64,000 nt of DNA from Paragordius varius (taxonomy: Eukaryota > Animalia > Nematomorpha). The DNA is taken from assembly GCA_964247055.1 (NCBI GenBank), contig OZ176053.1:7192001-7256000 (forward strand), in the 5' to 3' direction. The notes under the pieces are model-generated. The model did not search any database, was not told the origin of the DNA, and worked only from the letters and a program-made list of their open reading frames with translations. A program made the position numbers and the translations under genes. Positions 36,495-50,141 of this stretch are shown here, one piece after another; position 1 is the stretch's first letter; each line of letters opens with the position of its first letter.

Positions 36495-39400
36495 TCACTG
36501 ATCAACAAGGTTTTGCACCACTCCACATTTTTGCATTTTCTCTTACTTAATGACATGGAAAGGCGAAAACAAAAAAAATTTGAGGCCGCCAATAGGATTT
36601 TTTTAAAATTTAATTTTAAAAAACAATTATTCGTCGTGTACATATATTCAAATATTTAAACCAGCGTCAATGCAAGTGGTATTCCAAAGCCAGGTTTTTC
36701 ATTATAATTTTAGAACGAAAATGCAAAAATGATCCAAATATACCACCCCATTATACGATTCCACAGAAGATTTTTTTTATTAACGAAGACTTTGCAGAAA
36801 ATGTTATTGATGATCCATATAATTGTCCCGACATTGCTGCTGGTTTGTTATCTTGCACGAGAAATACGTCTTATCGAACGAACTTGTTATTCGACAAAGA
36901 AATAGACAACATACAAAAAATAAATATTTAATTAAAAATTCTAAACTTCAAAATCAAAAATAATAAAAATTGGAAAGGGCTTATATATGATGGTGGTATA
37001 ATATCCCGGCGGCTTGCACAATCTCTGCAAAAATCCCCCATGCAATCTTATAATCGAGCCAGTATTGCAAAGGTATATAATAATGGATTAAAGCCTCGTA
37101 GGAGAGACTGCAATATAACAAATTCAGCAAACTTTAAAATTGAGATGTCAAATTAACCAATTCACAGAATAGAGTTAGACAGATTTGACCATGTAATCTG
37201 ATAAGAAGATTAGATAAGTTCAAATCATCTTATTACAGTTCATAAAATTATGATATATTATCCATAATCCAGGTAATAAAAGTGGCTGCCCCCAACATTC
37301 ATCTGAAATTTAAATAATAACGCAGCCAATCAATTTATAAATAACACTAGTCGACAAATTTGGACATTTTTGAGCACCACCACTCACAATTTTAAATTAT
37401 GACTAATTTTAGTCTTAAACCGAATCTGAAAATTTTTTTGATCCCCCAATATTTTGAGATATTATGGGTTTTTCAAAAACAAGAAAAAATCGAGAGAAAA
37501 TTAAATATAACCTTATAATAAAAAGTTATTATATTATAAAATTAATATCATTTAATGAAGCGTTTTAAACTCTATCTTTTGAATATTATCATTTAAATAT
37601 CGAGGTGAAAAAAATAGTACGGATATAAACGACAAAATTGAATCTTTTTTCTAAGTTAATTTTAAACACGTATAAATTTATATTTAAAAAATACTAAAAT
37701 AGGCATTCTATGGTTTAAACATTCGGCTTTCAGATAGGCTATATTTATTTTGTTAGTTTTCCTTATTTCGAGTACTTAATATGGTTTTTCTCTTCGCTTG
37801 ATTCGGACAAAAAATCCTTTATTTATACCTAGTGGATATTATTTTTTTTTAAATAATTGGTTGGCCTGTATTTTGAATTTCAGATGGATGTTGGGTAGCC
37901 ACTTTTAGTAGAATATTCTGTTATGGGATTGGACATTTGTATTTATTTTATCTCTTTATTCGATTCAATGGTAGAATTTATCTAACTTTATTCTGTGAAT
38001 TGGTTGACATGTCAATTTGCCTGGATTTAGCTTGCAAGCCTCTCCTATCGCGCTCTACGATTACTTGTTACCTTTGCCATATCTGGCATAATTATAAGAT
38101 CGCTTGGGGGATAAGTTGAAAAGCTTGTGCAAGCCGCCCGGATCTATCACACCATACTTTAGTACTTTTAGATTTTTAATACTTTGGCTTAGCTTGTTTA
38201 GTATCTCATTCATTTTATTTAATGCCTACAATTTAATTATTCATGCAAATAAATTTTTTGGACAAATTTTAGTGATGATTATAGTCTATATATCCATTTA
38301 CTCGTATATCTTTGTAGGTACTTCCACAAAAAATTGTATAAATACATATTAAAATTATTCACAATATTTTCATTTTCTTTTTAACTACAAATTTTTAATT
38401 AATATATTCAATAAAATGAATATTTATTTATTGTATATATTTAAAATAATAATTGTAGCAATAAAATTCCAGATAAAATAAGAAATATTGTTTCGCGAGT
38501 TGCTCGCTTCAAATCGGTATTAAACGGAAATCTTTCAATATGTTCATCTATTATGTGTAGCTTCATAATTTTACAGCCTACATTTTATAAAATAATATAC
38601 CCATCCGATGGTAACTTTCTGGCCTAATATTTTATACTCTTCAGACTTATGTGATCCTAATATTTAAAAATATATTATACCCCAGTGTTAAATTTTTATA
38701 AAGCTTCAAAAGCTTTTTTTCCTTTGCAGATAATAGGTTTATAAAGTAGTTACCTTGTAAAATAATTTTGATTAAAGGCCCATTAGCTATCTTAGCCTCA
38801 GATTTGGCTGTACTGAGTTTATAATGATTATGAAAGTAGACGAATGAGGCTGAATATTTCTCAATTAGCGGCATTTTTAGGCAGTTTATATTTTTTAATA
38901 TAAAGATAAACGGAATTTTCAGATAAAGTTTTATTTAATGGATCCCCAATAAATTTTCTGTAGAGTCTTCGGTGCTCTGTCATTATCAATTTAGGTATCA
39001 AAATATTTTGTAAAAAGTTTTCCAGCATTAACATCGATATTCCTCAAGTTATTTTTCTTAAATATATATTTACCACAACAGATGCAAAATTCATTTGGAT
39101 CATTTTTGCATTTTCGTTCTAAAATTATATGAAAACTGGATCTGGAATGTTACTTGTATCGACTTGCTCGTTAAATATCTAAACATATGTACACGAGGAA
39201 TGATTGTTTTTTTGAAATTAAATACGAAATTAAAAATTAAATTTTGGAAAAATCGTATTGGTGGCCTTAATTTTTTTTTGTTTTGGCCTTTCCATGCCAT
39301 TAGTAACCAGAAAATGCAAAAAACGGGGTGGTGCAAAACCTTGTTGAGCAGTGTAAATAATATTCAAACCATAGAATGCCTCTTTTAGTGTTTTTTAATA

Positions 39401-39745
39401 TAAATTTATACGTGTTTAAAATTACCTTTAATAAAAAGACTAAATCGTTTATATCCGTGCTATTTTTTTCTCCCTGATATTTCAATGACGTATTTATATT
39501 CAAAGAGAGTTTAAACGCTTTATCAAATGATACAATTTTATAATATAATAATTTTTTATTATAAAATTATATTTAATATTTTCTCTCGATTTTCTCTTGT
39601 TTTTGAATAATTGAAAAACCTATAATATCTCAAAATTCTGATTGGGGGATCAAATTTTTTTCAGATCCTGTTTTAGAACACTGAAATTAAGCATATAAAA
39701 TTTTGAGTGGTGGTGCTTAAAAATGTCCAAATTTGTCGACTAGTG
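36495..39745. repeat. Large rearranged imperfect palindrome / nested inverted duplication with Tc1-like ends
   Basis: Inverted pairs 36495-36740/39095-39355, 36780-36830/38938-38975, 36990-37345/37855-38160, 37355-37725/39365-39745; TIR-like CACTAGTCGACAAATTTGGACA at 37355 and its reverse at 39745. Confidence 0.7.
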
Positions 39746-40155
39746 TATTGAATTTTGGTTCAGCGGATTCCAATGTATTCAAATATATAAATATTAAAAA
39801 TTTTAAACACCCTTTTCATAAAATTCAATAAGGGTAAATTATAAAATATGACTTAAGAATGTGTTAGCCTAATACTTATATATATATTATTTATTAACAG
39901 ACTATTACTTCTATATATTAATCACATAATATACTTTTTAAACATCATGGATACGAACAAGCTGTTAAATCTAAATTCTAAGGAGAAATATATTTAATTA
40001 TGTCAAAATGTCAATATGCCTAAAAATATTAGAAGGCGTCAACAAAATTTGGTAAACATTATTTTTAAAACATATGCTTTTTTTCAAAAGATGATTTTGA
40101 TGTTGTGATAAAACACTTATTCCCAATATATATATATATATATATATTATATATA

Positions 40156-41788
40156 GTAGCGTATGCAGTAAAAGATTGTTAGTGCAAAATAAAAAACCCT
40201 TTTTATTAAAAACAGGAGGATAATATGGATAGTCTATACAAAATCAGGGGACAATCTTGGTATATGTAAAAATGCGCATGAGGTCTTTTTAAAATTGCGA
40301 TAAAAAATTGTAAAAATATTAGTAAAAACATAATTTCCCAGATTTCTTATAAATAAATGTTAAATTTTTATTTCATGGTAGAACATTCGTGATTTGAATT
40401 ATGGAACTTTATACAAATACAAATATACAAGATCTTTGAAACTGTATAAATACAAATTATACAAGATCTTTATTTAAATTATTACTTGCTTTTCTCGATT
40501 TATCTAAAACTGAATATGCGTGAGGTGAAAAATTAAAGGATTTTAAAAATTTGGGGTTTTTGTAATTAAAAATAAATTACAAAAGTTTACTTGTTAAATG
40601 CATTACTTTTTTGAGCGTTTATAATTAACCATAAAAAGCAGTACGAAAAATCACACAAGATTTGACAGAAGTTGCGTTACAGAGAAAACATTTATTTAAT
40701 GAAAATACACATAGAAATATATCAAATATTATTTAACATAAGAATATCACAATGCTTTAGCGGAAAACGCCATCTTTATAGTAAATAATAAACTTATTAT
40801 GGAAATTATTTTTTTAGCCTACCTTTGAATTTAGAAGTTATAGTACTTCCTATCAAGCAATAGGTGGCTTTATGAAACGAAAATTTAAAGGGGACAGTGT
40901 TTACCACGTGTCATAGTGTGAGACGCGTTTCGTCCTTGTTGTGGACTCATCAGCCACACATAATAAGCACGGGTAAACACTGTCGTTAAAAGTTTGTAAT
41001 ATCTGAGTATTTTAAGATTTAAAACCAATTATAGGTGAAAGAGAAAACGGAGAACTTAGGCCCGGAGTGGACAACCGATTGAACTTAGGTTAAGCCAATT
41101 AACATATCTCCTTTTTTATCCATTAGCCAGGATATGGCTTATATAATGAGAAAATCACTCCATAATATGTTTAATATTATTTAACAGGTTGCATTAGCAT
41201 TATTGTTCAAATATACCTATTTCACAGTAGTATTAATAAATAGATATTTATTCTAATGTATGGTTTTTATTGTTGCACATTTAAGAAAACATCACTGTTA
41301 AAAATATCAGTGTTTAAAATCTTTACGTGAATCTGTGTAAAAGACAAGGTGTCGGTTAAAAAATGATATAAGTAGTGTATTTAACAAGTAAACTTTTGTA
41401 ATTTATTTTTAACTACAAAAACCCCAAATTTTAAAAATCCTTTAATTTTTCACCTCACGCATATTTAGTTTTAAATAGATCGAGAAAAGCAAGTGATAAT
41501 TAAATAAAGATCTTGTATAATTTGTATTTGTATACAGTTCCATAATTCGAATCACGAATGTTCTGCCATGAAACAATTTAACATTTTTTATTGAAGATAT
41601 CTGGGAAATTATGTTACTAATATTTTTACAATATTTCATCGCAATTTCAAAAAAACCAAATGTCCTTTTTTACATATACCAAGATTGTACCCTGATTTTG
41701 TATACACTATCCATAATACTCCTGTTTTTAATAAAAAACTATTTTTTAGATTATTTTGCACTAACAATCTTTTACTGCATACGCTTTG
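40156..41788. mobile_element. Non-autonomous element with about 450-bp TIRs, flanked by (TA)n
   Basis: agcgtatgcagtaaaagattgttagtgcaaaat... (40156-about 40610) is the reverse complement of about 41365-41788; TA repeats on both sides. Confidence 0.85.
40893..40984 (-). ncRNA. Type I hammerhead ribozyme (Penelope/retrozyme-like, minimal palindromic stem III)
   Basis: Minus strand: GACAGUGUUUACC CGUG CUUAUUA U GUGUGG CUGAUGA GUCC ACAACAA GGAC GAAACGCGUC^UCACAC UAUGA CACG U GGUAAACACUGUC. All core nucleotides present; predicted cleavage between 40922 and 40921. Confidence 0.9.
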
Positions 41789-42817
41789 TATATATATAAA
41801 GCATGTATTAAGATGGTTTATCTGAGATTAAACAATATAATTAAAAAAATTAGATTGAGCTTCTCAGTATTTTTGTTATGTGATAACAATTTTTATTAAA
41901 TTAAATTATGATTTTAGGCAATTACCATAGTTGATATAACTGTGTTGAATGAGTCAATCTTAAAGCTACCGCAACTAGAGAATGATAGATTTTCTGCCAG
42001 AATATTTCAAAATATTGTCTGCACTATGTTATTATTATATAACTTAGAGTATGCAAAATCTGGGGTTAAAATGGTATTGAAATGTCACACCAAATTTAAT
42101 ATGATGATAATATTAAAAACAACTATATAATTCTAATCCGAATTTAAAGAAGTATAGGGGCATTTAATTATCTAGTATAGATAAATTGTTGAAAAAATGT
42201 TTGACACCGTATAATTTTTTACCAAAGAGCATTTAGACTTTATAACTTTTTGAATATAAAAATTTGTGGTAAATAAATCTCAAGCCTAAAAAAGTTTCCA
42301 TAACCCTAAAAGATAATTAAGGTAAGAAAATATTTCAATTTCCATATTTTATGGCTTAGGCGCATTATTCAAAAATATATTAAAAGAATGTAAAAATCCT
42401 CTTATCATAATTTTAGCAGCCAAGTTACAGTTTAAGATAAGGTCTATCAAAAACGTATTGGCATACAAATTTTCAATTATTTTTTTAAATTCAAATATAT
42501 AAGCAAATAAACACTAAAAATATTTATTTATTAATTAATATACATCTTAGATGAAACATGATGATCTGTAAATTTCTATAATTATATATATATGATAGAG
42601 ATACTGTGGACCGACATTTATATCAAAACTACTGAAATATGTATTTTATTAATATGCTAAATATTAAATAAAATTAGGAATGTCTCTTCCAACAAGCTCT
42701 GGACATAGAACAAAGCTTTGATAAAAAATATAAATGATATCAAAATTATAACAAAGAATATGTGAGATAGGGGCTATAAATAGCAGGAATGTTTACAATT
42801 TTTTATTAAATGATTCA

Positions 42818-45800
42818 CTATTCATCGTCAGATTGTTTGGCTAACCCTAAAAGCAACAAAAAATATAATCAATTGATTTTCTAAAAGATAATCATAAAAT
42901 TTAATAACACTACTTTACCATATTTTTGACGCATTCCATCCCATTTAGTTTTGCGTTCAGCTTGTCTAAAAAATTAGAAAAAATTCATTATATTAGACAT
43001 TTGTTTATGCATTTATCGAGTTTATCCATGGTAAGGACAAAGTCTCATGTAAATAAACTATTATCATTGGAGCAAAAAAATGATTTTTGGCACAAATTAT
43101 TTGGTAATAGAAGATAGATAAAATGATTGATAAGTGTATAGGTAATTATATTTTTTGCACTTGTTACCGGTAAACAGCTATTATTTCTGTATCAACTAAA
43201 GCGCGTTATTGTGCAAAAAGGATTTTTTACCCAAGCATTTAACACCTATATAAAATGTTAAGTATAAAATATCAAATGTACAAACATAAAGTATTTTTAT
43301 TTCTATAGAATATTTTTTAGTTATTTCTCACAAATTTAAAACTTAACACGACGGAAGACCATAATGAAATAGTTGATAAAGTACAGAGAAATATATGTCA
43401 TATTTATAAATTAAATAATTAATTGGTAAAAATTGGATAAAACTTTTAATTTTTTTAATAATACTATTAAACGAATATTTTTGGGATAATATTTACTTTT
43501 CTTGATATTCGGCCTCTCGATTGGCTTTGTCTTGTCGTTGTTTTTCCTCTAATCTTTGCCATCTACACCAATTAATATATAATAAAAAATGTGTTAAACT
43601 TCAAAAGTAAACTTTTTTAAAGAATTTCATTAAATAACATTGAATAAATGAAACAATTTAATAGTCAAATAAATATATTTTTATACTACAAAATGTGAAG
43701 TTTTATATGCTTCAAATTAAGCGTATATATTTTATAAGAAACTTATGTGAATAGAAATCTAGGAAACATTAGGCAGAACAAAAAATAAAAGTTTAGAATT
43801 TAAATATGGAATGATAAAATTATGTCATCCAATATTTTGAGACTAACAGTTAATCGATTGCATGATATATTAAATTTTTATTACATTTTCTTTTTTCGCT
43901 AAATAAATATTATGCTCAATCTTTGCCGCAAAAAGCTTTTTTAATAAAAAAACTAATTTTTTTCCCGATGCCAAGTTATAGAAATGTAACACAATTGGCA
44001 ATCCAACTCAATTTTGCTATTTATTTAATGACTTTGTTTATAGTGTCCATTTTATAAGTAGTAACACTTTTAGATTTTTCCATTTCGGTATACGTCACAT
44101 AAAAAGTGTCTGTAACGGTCAAATGGAAAAACATTAAACAAAAAACTACCACTCAAACAATACCATTCTTAATGATAAAGCTTTATGTTTTTTGAATAAA
44201 AATCAACATTTGTATTCAAATTGTGGTATCTAAATACCCCAGACTATATTTAAGTTCAAATTTTTAAAAAAACTACTGAAAGAAATGGTCCCAATTTAAT
44301 TTTATGCTTCTATCATAATATAAATTATATAAATAAGCCGAAATAACTTAATAAAATTTTGTTTTGAAAAAAAGTTCCATATCAAACTACTTCAACGCCA
44401 TTTTTATTTTACAACATTTTTGCAACATATCGTGTTCATTTAATTTTATAGCTAAAACGAAAGCTAATTTTTCATTTAAATTACACCTAACATTGATAGA
44501 AACAGAAAAAGTGGTTTATTTTGTATTATTTTTAAATTTAGCACATGTCGTGTTGACTAAATTTTTACCTTGAGGTTTTACCCAAAAATAAGTCATATTA
44601 AGTATTTTTAAATAAAATTTTTATTATATTTCGGTTCATTAATGTTATAAATGTGCAAATTTTTTCCATGGTTTCGATTCATTCCATATTTTTTGAATTA
44701 TTTAATTTTTAACAGGCTTAGGGTATCCAACTACCCCAATGTGAATCGAAGGACTATAATGTAAGTGTTGTATCCAAGTGTTAAATAAATTTTTCTCGTT
44801 ATTTAAGCTTTTCCTAATCTGATAAATTGATGATTAACTTACTGTTGTTGCCTTCGCCTTCGATTTCGTATCCAACACCAACAACAGCAAGATAGGAATG
44901 ATAGGGTCAATAAAACCAATCCAATCCCAATTAATATTACCAGGGTTAATAAACTCACTAAAGCATTACATTTATAAATAAATATTATGCAAAAAACGAT
45001 TATATATAGGAATACTTTAATAGTCAAATTTGATGGAAGTTATATCAATTTACTTAAATCTTGTATTTACCCAATAAAATAGTTAAAAATTAGCAACCAA
45101 AATCTTAAAAATCTTTTACACATATTCTTTGACGATTTTACAGTATGCATTTAAATGGTTGATTTCACACTATCGTAGGGCAATTTTCAACACACTAGTA
45201 TATGGGGAAAACAGCAAATTGTTAAATAAACAATTATTTCCTTTCTTTTTTTCAGACACTCTTGTAAATTGCCCTAGAAATAAGCAACCATTAAAATGCA
45301 TACTGTATATAAATAAATTAGGCACATACACCAGATTGACTCCTGAGAGTCTTTGAACTTTAAGTAAGTTAAAATAAATGCTTTCATACCACCACAAACT
45401 ATAACATTGTTACAACGTTGTCAGAGGAGGTAAAGATGCCTGCCAAAAATCAATAAAAAGATGTGGCATCTAGCTTAAAACATTTTTGTGAGATGAGATA
45501 TGTTGAAATTAGAGCAATTAGCATTATTTATGAATCTTGCACAACTATACTATAATAATAAATGTAACCCTAGGCTAGGCACATTTGACTGTCATATACA
45601 TGGATGATAGTTTTTTTTATTATTTGCACGCAGCGAAAATTATTTAATTATAGTGTCAAATGTCAAATTTTTCATGTGTTTTACCTATCACAAAAAATAT
45701 TTGCTCATAAAACGCTTACTTATAGAACAAAAGTATGTGATGCACAAATACTTATAAAAATCAATTAAAAATTATGTTGATAGCAAACTGCCAGTTATAA

Positions 45801-48800
45801 TAAAGTATTTTGGCTCCTTATTAATTTATCAATTAAAGACTATTTTATATTAGGCTTTTAGAAGTACATTCATTATACAATCGTGTTAACATAATAAATT
45901 AGGTAGATTTGTGAAATGAGAATATTATAAAAATATTTTATAAGCGAAAGCGTATTAGGCAAATTTTTATTTTTGTAGTAGTGTTAAAATGGAATAATCA
46001 AAACTGATAAGATTTTCCGTTTTTATAGCAATCCATTTAAATATACAAAACCAATATTATTAAAAGTAATGAAGGCCCATAATAATTATGATGTTCGTAT
46101 ATTGAATTTTATATATCTATAAAGTTAATTAAATTTTTATTAAAAATACCAATAATGTTGTCATTTTTGAATCAGATTTTTTACATCATGTAAAATGCAA
46201 AATTAATCGTGCTTTACTAAATTTTTAAAGATTACATATATATAATATATATTGATGTCAAACGAAACGACAAAAAAATGACAAAGCATTTACTCTTTAT
46301 GTTTTGTGTAAAGTTGAATAACCCCTTTCAACTTTTTTTACAAAAAAGAGTATTTTGAAATGGACTTTAAAAAATATCTTGACATTTTTTTAATGTAATA
46401 CAAATTTTTAGGAGTATATTTTGAAATATTGGGTTTTTTTAAGATAATTAAAAATAGATATCCCTGTAAAGCTAGTTTTAAAACTATTTTATCTTTGAAA
46501 TTTGGCTATATTAATGCACAGAAAACTTTTTCATTTCAACCCTTCTATTGACATGAAGCCAAAATATCATTATTTAAATTAAAGACAATAATTTTCTTGC
46601 TTTTATTAAATATGTTTATAACATCCTAAAAAAAGTTGGATGGCTAATTAAGAATGTTAACGAGCTCATGTGCGCAATAGATCATGTATATATTTAATAT
46701 GGACAAAAACTAATATTGGTTGACATGAAACTAGAAAATAGAAATAAGACGCGATTTTTTTTGATAATTAATATTAGACGTCAAAATTATAATAAAACGT
46801 TATGGATTATAAAACTCTTAAATTAATAAATACATTTCTTCTCTTACTAATATTTTTGTTTAGAATTATTTTGGGTAGGTGCAATAATGCGTTTTTATTT
46901 GGGAAAAAATTATTTATAAAATTATTAATATTTTTTGTAAGTTTTTATAACCGCAAATAAAAGATATATATATATATATATATATAGATTTATAAATTTA
47001 TTGTCATTTCAATGGTTGATTGGTTGCAAAATAGCATATGAATATGGATGAGAGAGAAGACACAACATTGTTGGGATGACAATTATTTATCAATTTAATT
47101 TTAAAACAGAAAAAAATGTACAAGTTTTATCGTAAGAAAGAAGGTTTATAAAACAAAATAAATAATGATTAAATTTTAAATATGGGTGTTAAAACAGATG
47201 CATAAGTTAATACAGGTGTGGGCAAACAAGGGTCAAGATAATATATATTTATATCTCTTTAATAAAATCAACCTTTTTTAATGCAAATATTGGCGAGAAA
47301 TATATAAATATATATTATAAACAAGCCTTTTCTGCCCACAACAGTCAAAATTTGGCAATGAGACAAAAATGTCTAAAGTTATATACAGCTAAAATAATGA
47401 ATAAACATGATTGAAATATAAATAAAAATTCATATCTTGCGCTAAGAATGTACATTTAAGACTATCATGTTTAATATATAAATTATTGACAATTTTTGTT
47501 GAAGTTTTGGCTTAAAATCATATTTGATAATGTGGAAGTATATATGGTTATATACCTATCATAATGGTATATTTACCATGAGTGAATTTAAAAATGTTAT
47601 GTTAAAAAAAATATGTTGTAAAATCCGTAAAAATGCACAGCGGATGGAATTTTAGATGTAATATGGTGTTGAATATTCATAAAATATTTATTGACCGTTT
47701 CGGAAAAGAATATAACACATATACACAAGTATATACACGTTATATTCTATTCTTATGATAAATAAATATTTTATTCACTATATATATATATATATATGCC
47801 TTTGAATCATTTCGTCTGACACTATAATATGATAATGTTAACAACAACACCAACCACAGCAACAGCACAGGCAACTAAAAAGGGCGGAAAGTAGGATGGA
47901 TAAAATTACGACTCCAATAATCACGATAGTAGACAAAGGAACTAAATGTTATCATTAACAATAATTATTCGTCGTGGATTAAAAAATATAATATTTGATA
48001 GATAAAATATTAGATTAAAAATATAAAAAAATGTCTGGGACGTAAAGCGTTAAAACAATTATCGTCTGCTAAATATGCATTGAACCAACCCCGAAAATCT
48101 TCTCTCTCATCTATATGCATAACTGGATAAATAACAAATTTTTTATAATTTTAAAAAGTAATTAATTAACGATTAGAGAAACATAATTTGTAACAAATTA
48201 ATATTAATCATCGATTTACACAAAAAATTGCTGTAAATGATGACAATTTTATAAGTAAATAGAATAGATATATGGTAATAAGCATAAATTATACTTAAGC
48301 ATTCTCACTACGTATATACAAAACGTTTTAGAAAACGGATATAATAAATTGTTACTTGTTAGTTGATTAGCTTCCTTATAAAGCAATTACACATAATAGA
48401 AAAATACAAGATTGGTGTACTTACAATAAAAATTAATTATAAAATTGCAATGATTAATTTTATGATATAATTGAACTTATACACAAATAATTATGGTATC
48501 ATATAACTTCTTGAAAATTTGGTAATATTTGAAACTTAACTTTTATGTATCAATGTAAACGCTATTTTCTATAATTGTGAATTATGAACAAAAAATGATT
48601 ATAAAATAAAATTGCGCACGCAGCGCATCTTCTTATCAAGGTTAAAATTAATAAAGTTTGCATGTAATATGCGAAAATTTAAAAACAAAAGATTCGCAAA
48701 ACATTCTACACAAATCAAATTAGGTAAAATGCGTAAAATAATATAAAATTGTCTGGTTAATTAATATTACTTATTGAAAAAATCAAATTATGGAGCAATA

Positions 48801-49655
48801 TTAGTAATTTCAAATAAAAGATATTGATTTTTACAAATTTGTTTTAAGACAGTACTGGCCAAAACCTGATAGTTACCCTTATTTCCAGTTTAATATCCAT
48901 TATTTTAAGTAATATATTAATTAATAATTGCAAACATCTATATGTATACCTTAATTTGAAATTAAATATTGACTTTTCGCAACGCAAAATAATAAAAATC
49001 AATAAATGTATATTTTTAAAAAGCTAATGCAAAAAGATGCAATAATAATGTCATGAAAACTCTAAATGTATTGCATAATTTCCCTTCTAGCTTGTTATAA
49101 AAATATAATTAAAGTATGCAAAATTTTTGTATTATGAATCACCGTTTTATAGGCAAAATTTTCTTAAAGGTAAATATTGTACAGAAATTTCATTCATAAT
49201 AATTTAAAACAATATTACGTAACAAATAACATTAGAGAGAAGAATTTCGGGTATTTTTGAAATTTTAATTAAATATATTTGATTAAATATACTTGAACAA
49301 GTAGCCCAATGTGAATCACGTAAATTACATTGTCCTGCAAGAGTCGGAAATGCTTGGGTATATGGATATGGGCGACATAAACGATCCGTTGAGCAATAAT
49401 AACACTTTAAAAACAATAAATTTTAAATACACCATATATTAAGAATTATATAGGGTAAAATAAAGCATACTTTGCTGGAACTTTTAACACATTCCTCACA
49501 AAACCCACTCTTTAAACCACAATCTAACAAAGATAAATAAAAATTTCATATTTAACAAAAAAATTACAATATAAAAAAGCCATACTTATTTCCTGGGTAA
49601 GGGAATAATATAGAGAAAACAAGGCAAAAAACGTTAAAATTGCAAATATTTTCAT
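42818..49655 (-). CDS. PTTG1IP: PTTG1-interacting protein (PSI domain, TM, basic coiled tail)
   Basis: Exons 49655-49586 (signal peptide), 49523-49471, 49404-49293, 44957-44843 (TM+CCCWCW), 43562-43497, 42965-42919, 42846-42818. CEECV..CYYC..LCRPYP..C.L....W..C and RKTKWDGMRQKYGL match the family. Confidence 0.9.
44203..44784. mobile_element. TTAA-flanked piggyBac-like MITE in a PTTG1IP intron
   Basis: Same internal sequence as the family; right end gtgttgtatccaagtgTTAA; left end degenerate. Confidence 0.8.
47838..47941 (-). CDS. PTTG1IP: Alternative terminal TM/Cys-rich exon of PTTG1IP
   Basis: Phase-1 acceptor; encodes IPLSTIVIIGVVILSILLSALFSCLCCCCGWCCC*; AATAAA at 47775-47770. Confidence 0.7.
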
Positions 49656-50141
49656 ATTTTTCGAACTAAAATTTAAATCATTATACTATCATATGATCAT
49701 AATAAAAATGTTAAGGGATGTTTTATAAATAAATAACTATAATACTCGGTGCGCAGTAAGCGATAAGGCATATATTCGATAGCTGAGAAGGTCAGACATA
49801 TTATATTTTGGAAAAGCTTTGTTTGAGCGAGGGTATCCAACATAGTTTATAAACAATAGATCGGATAACATAAAAAACCTGATGAAATATATGTATTTTA
49901 GGAATATATATTAAAATCATTATGGTGCTTTTGGTTTTTTGGCTCTTATAAGTGATTTAAGAAAATACAATTTTGTGGTAAGTGCTCAGAAAGAAAAAAT
50001 GGCCATTTCGCTCATTTTAATTTTTAATGAAAATATATGCTTAATTCCAAAAAATATAAAACAATATTTTTTATAAGTTTTAATTTTAAGATGTGAACAC
50101 TGAAAGCCCAAATTTTTTGATATTCTGAAAATGATCAGTCT

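Noticed and set aside
33600-40000. Numerous 60-100 aa ORFs (also throughout introns)
   Set aside because: I/F/K/L/Y-rich translations of AT-rich repeats with no recognisable domains or splice support.
40125-40155. (TA)n microsatellites here and at about 12200, 12700, 12910, 46965, 47780, 51925 and 63460
   Set aside because: Ordinary simple repeats.
42818-42835. CUGACGA on the minus strand, a possible second hammerhead
   Set aside because: No stem II or GAAA follows; it is PTTG1IP coding sequence (SDDE).
49740-49900. Possible Penelope-like remnant (LFERGYP)
   Set aside because: One short motif amid stops; too weak to annotate or to link to the hammerhead 9 kb away.
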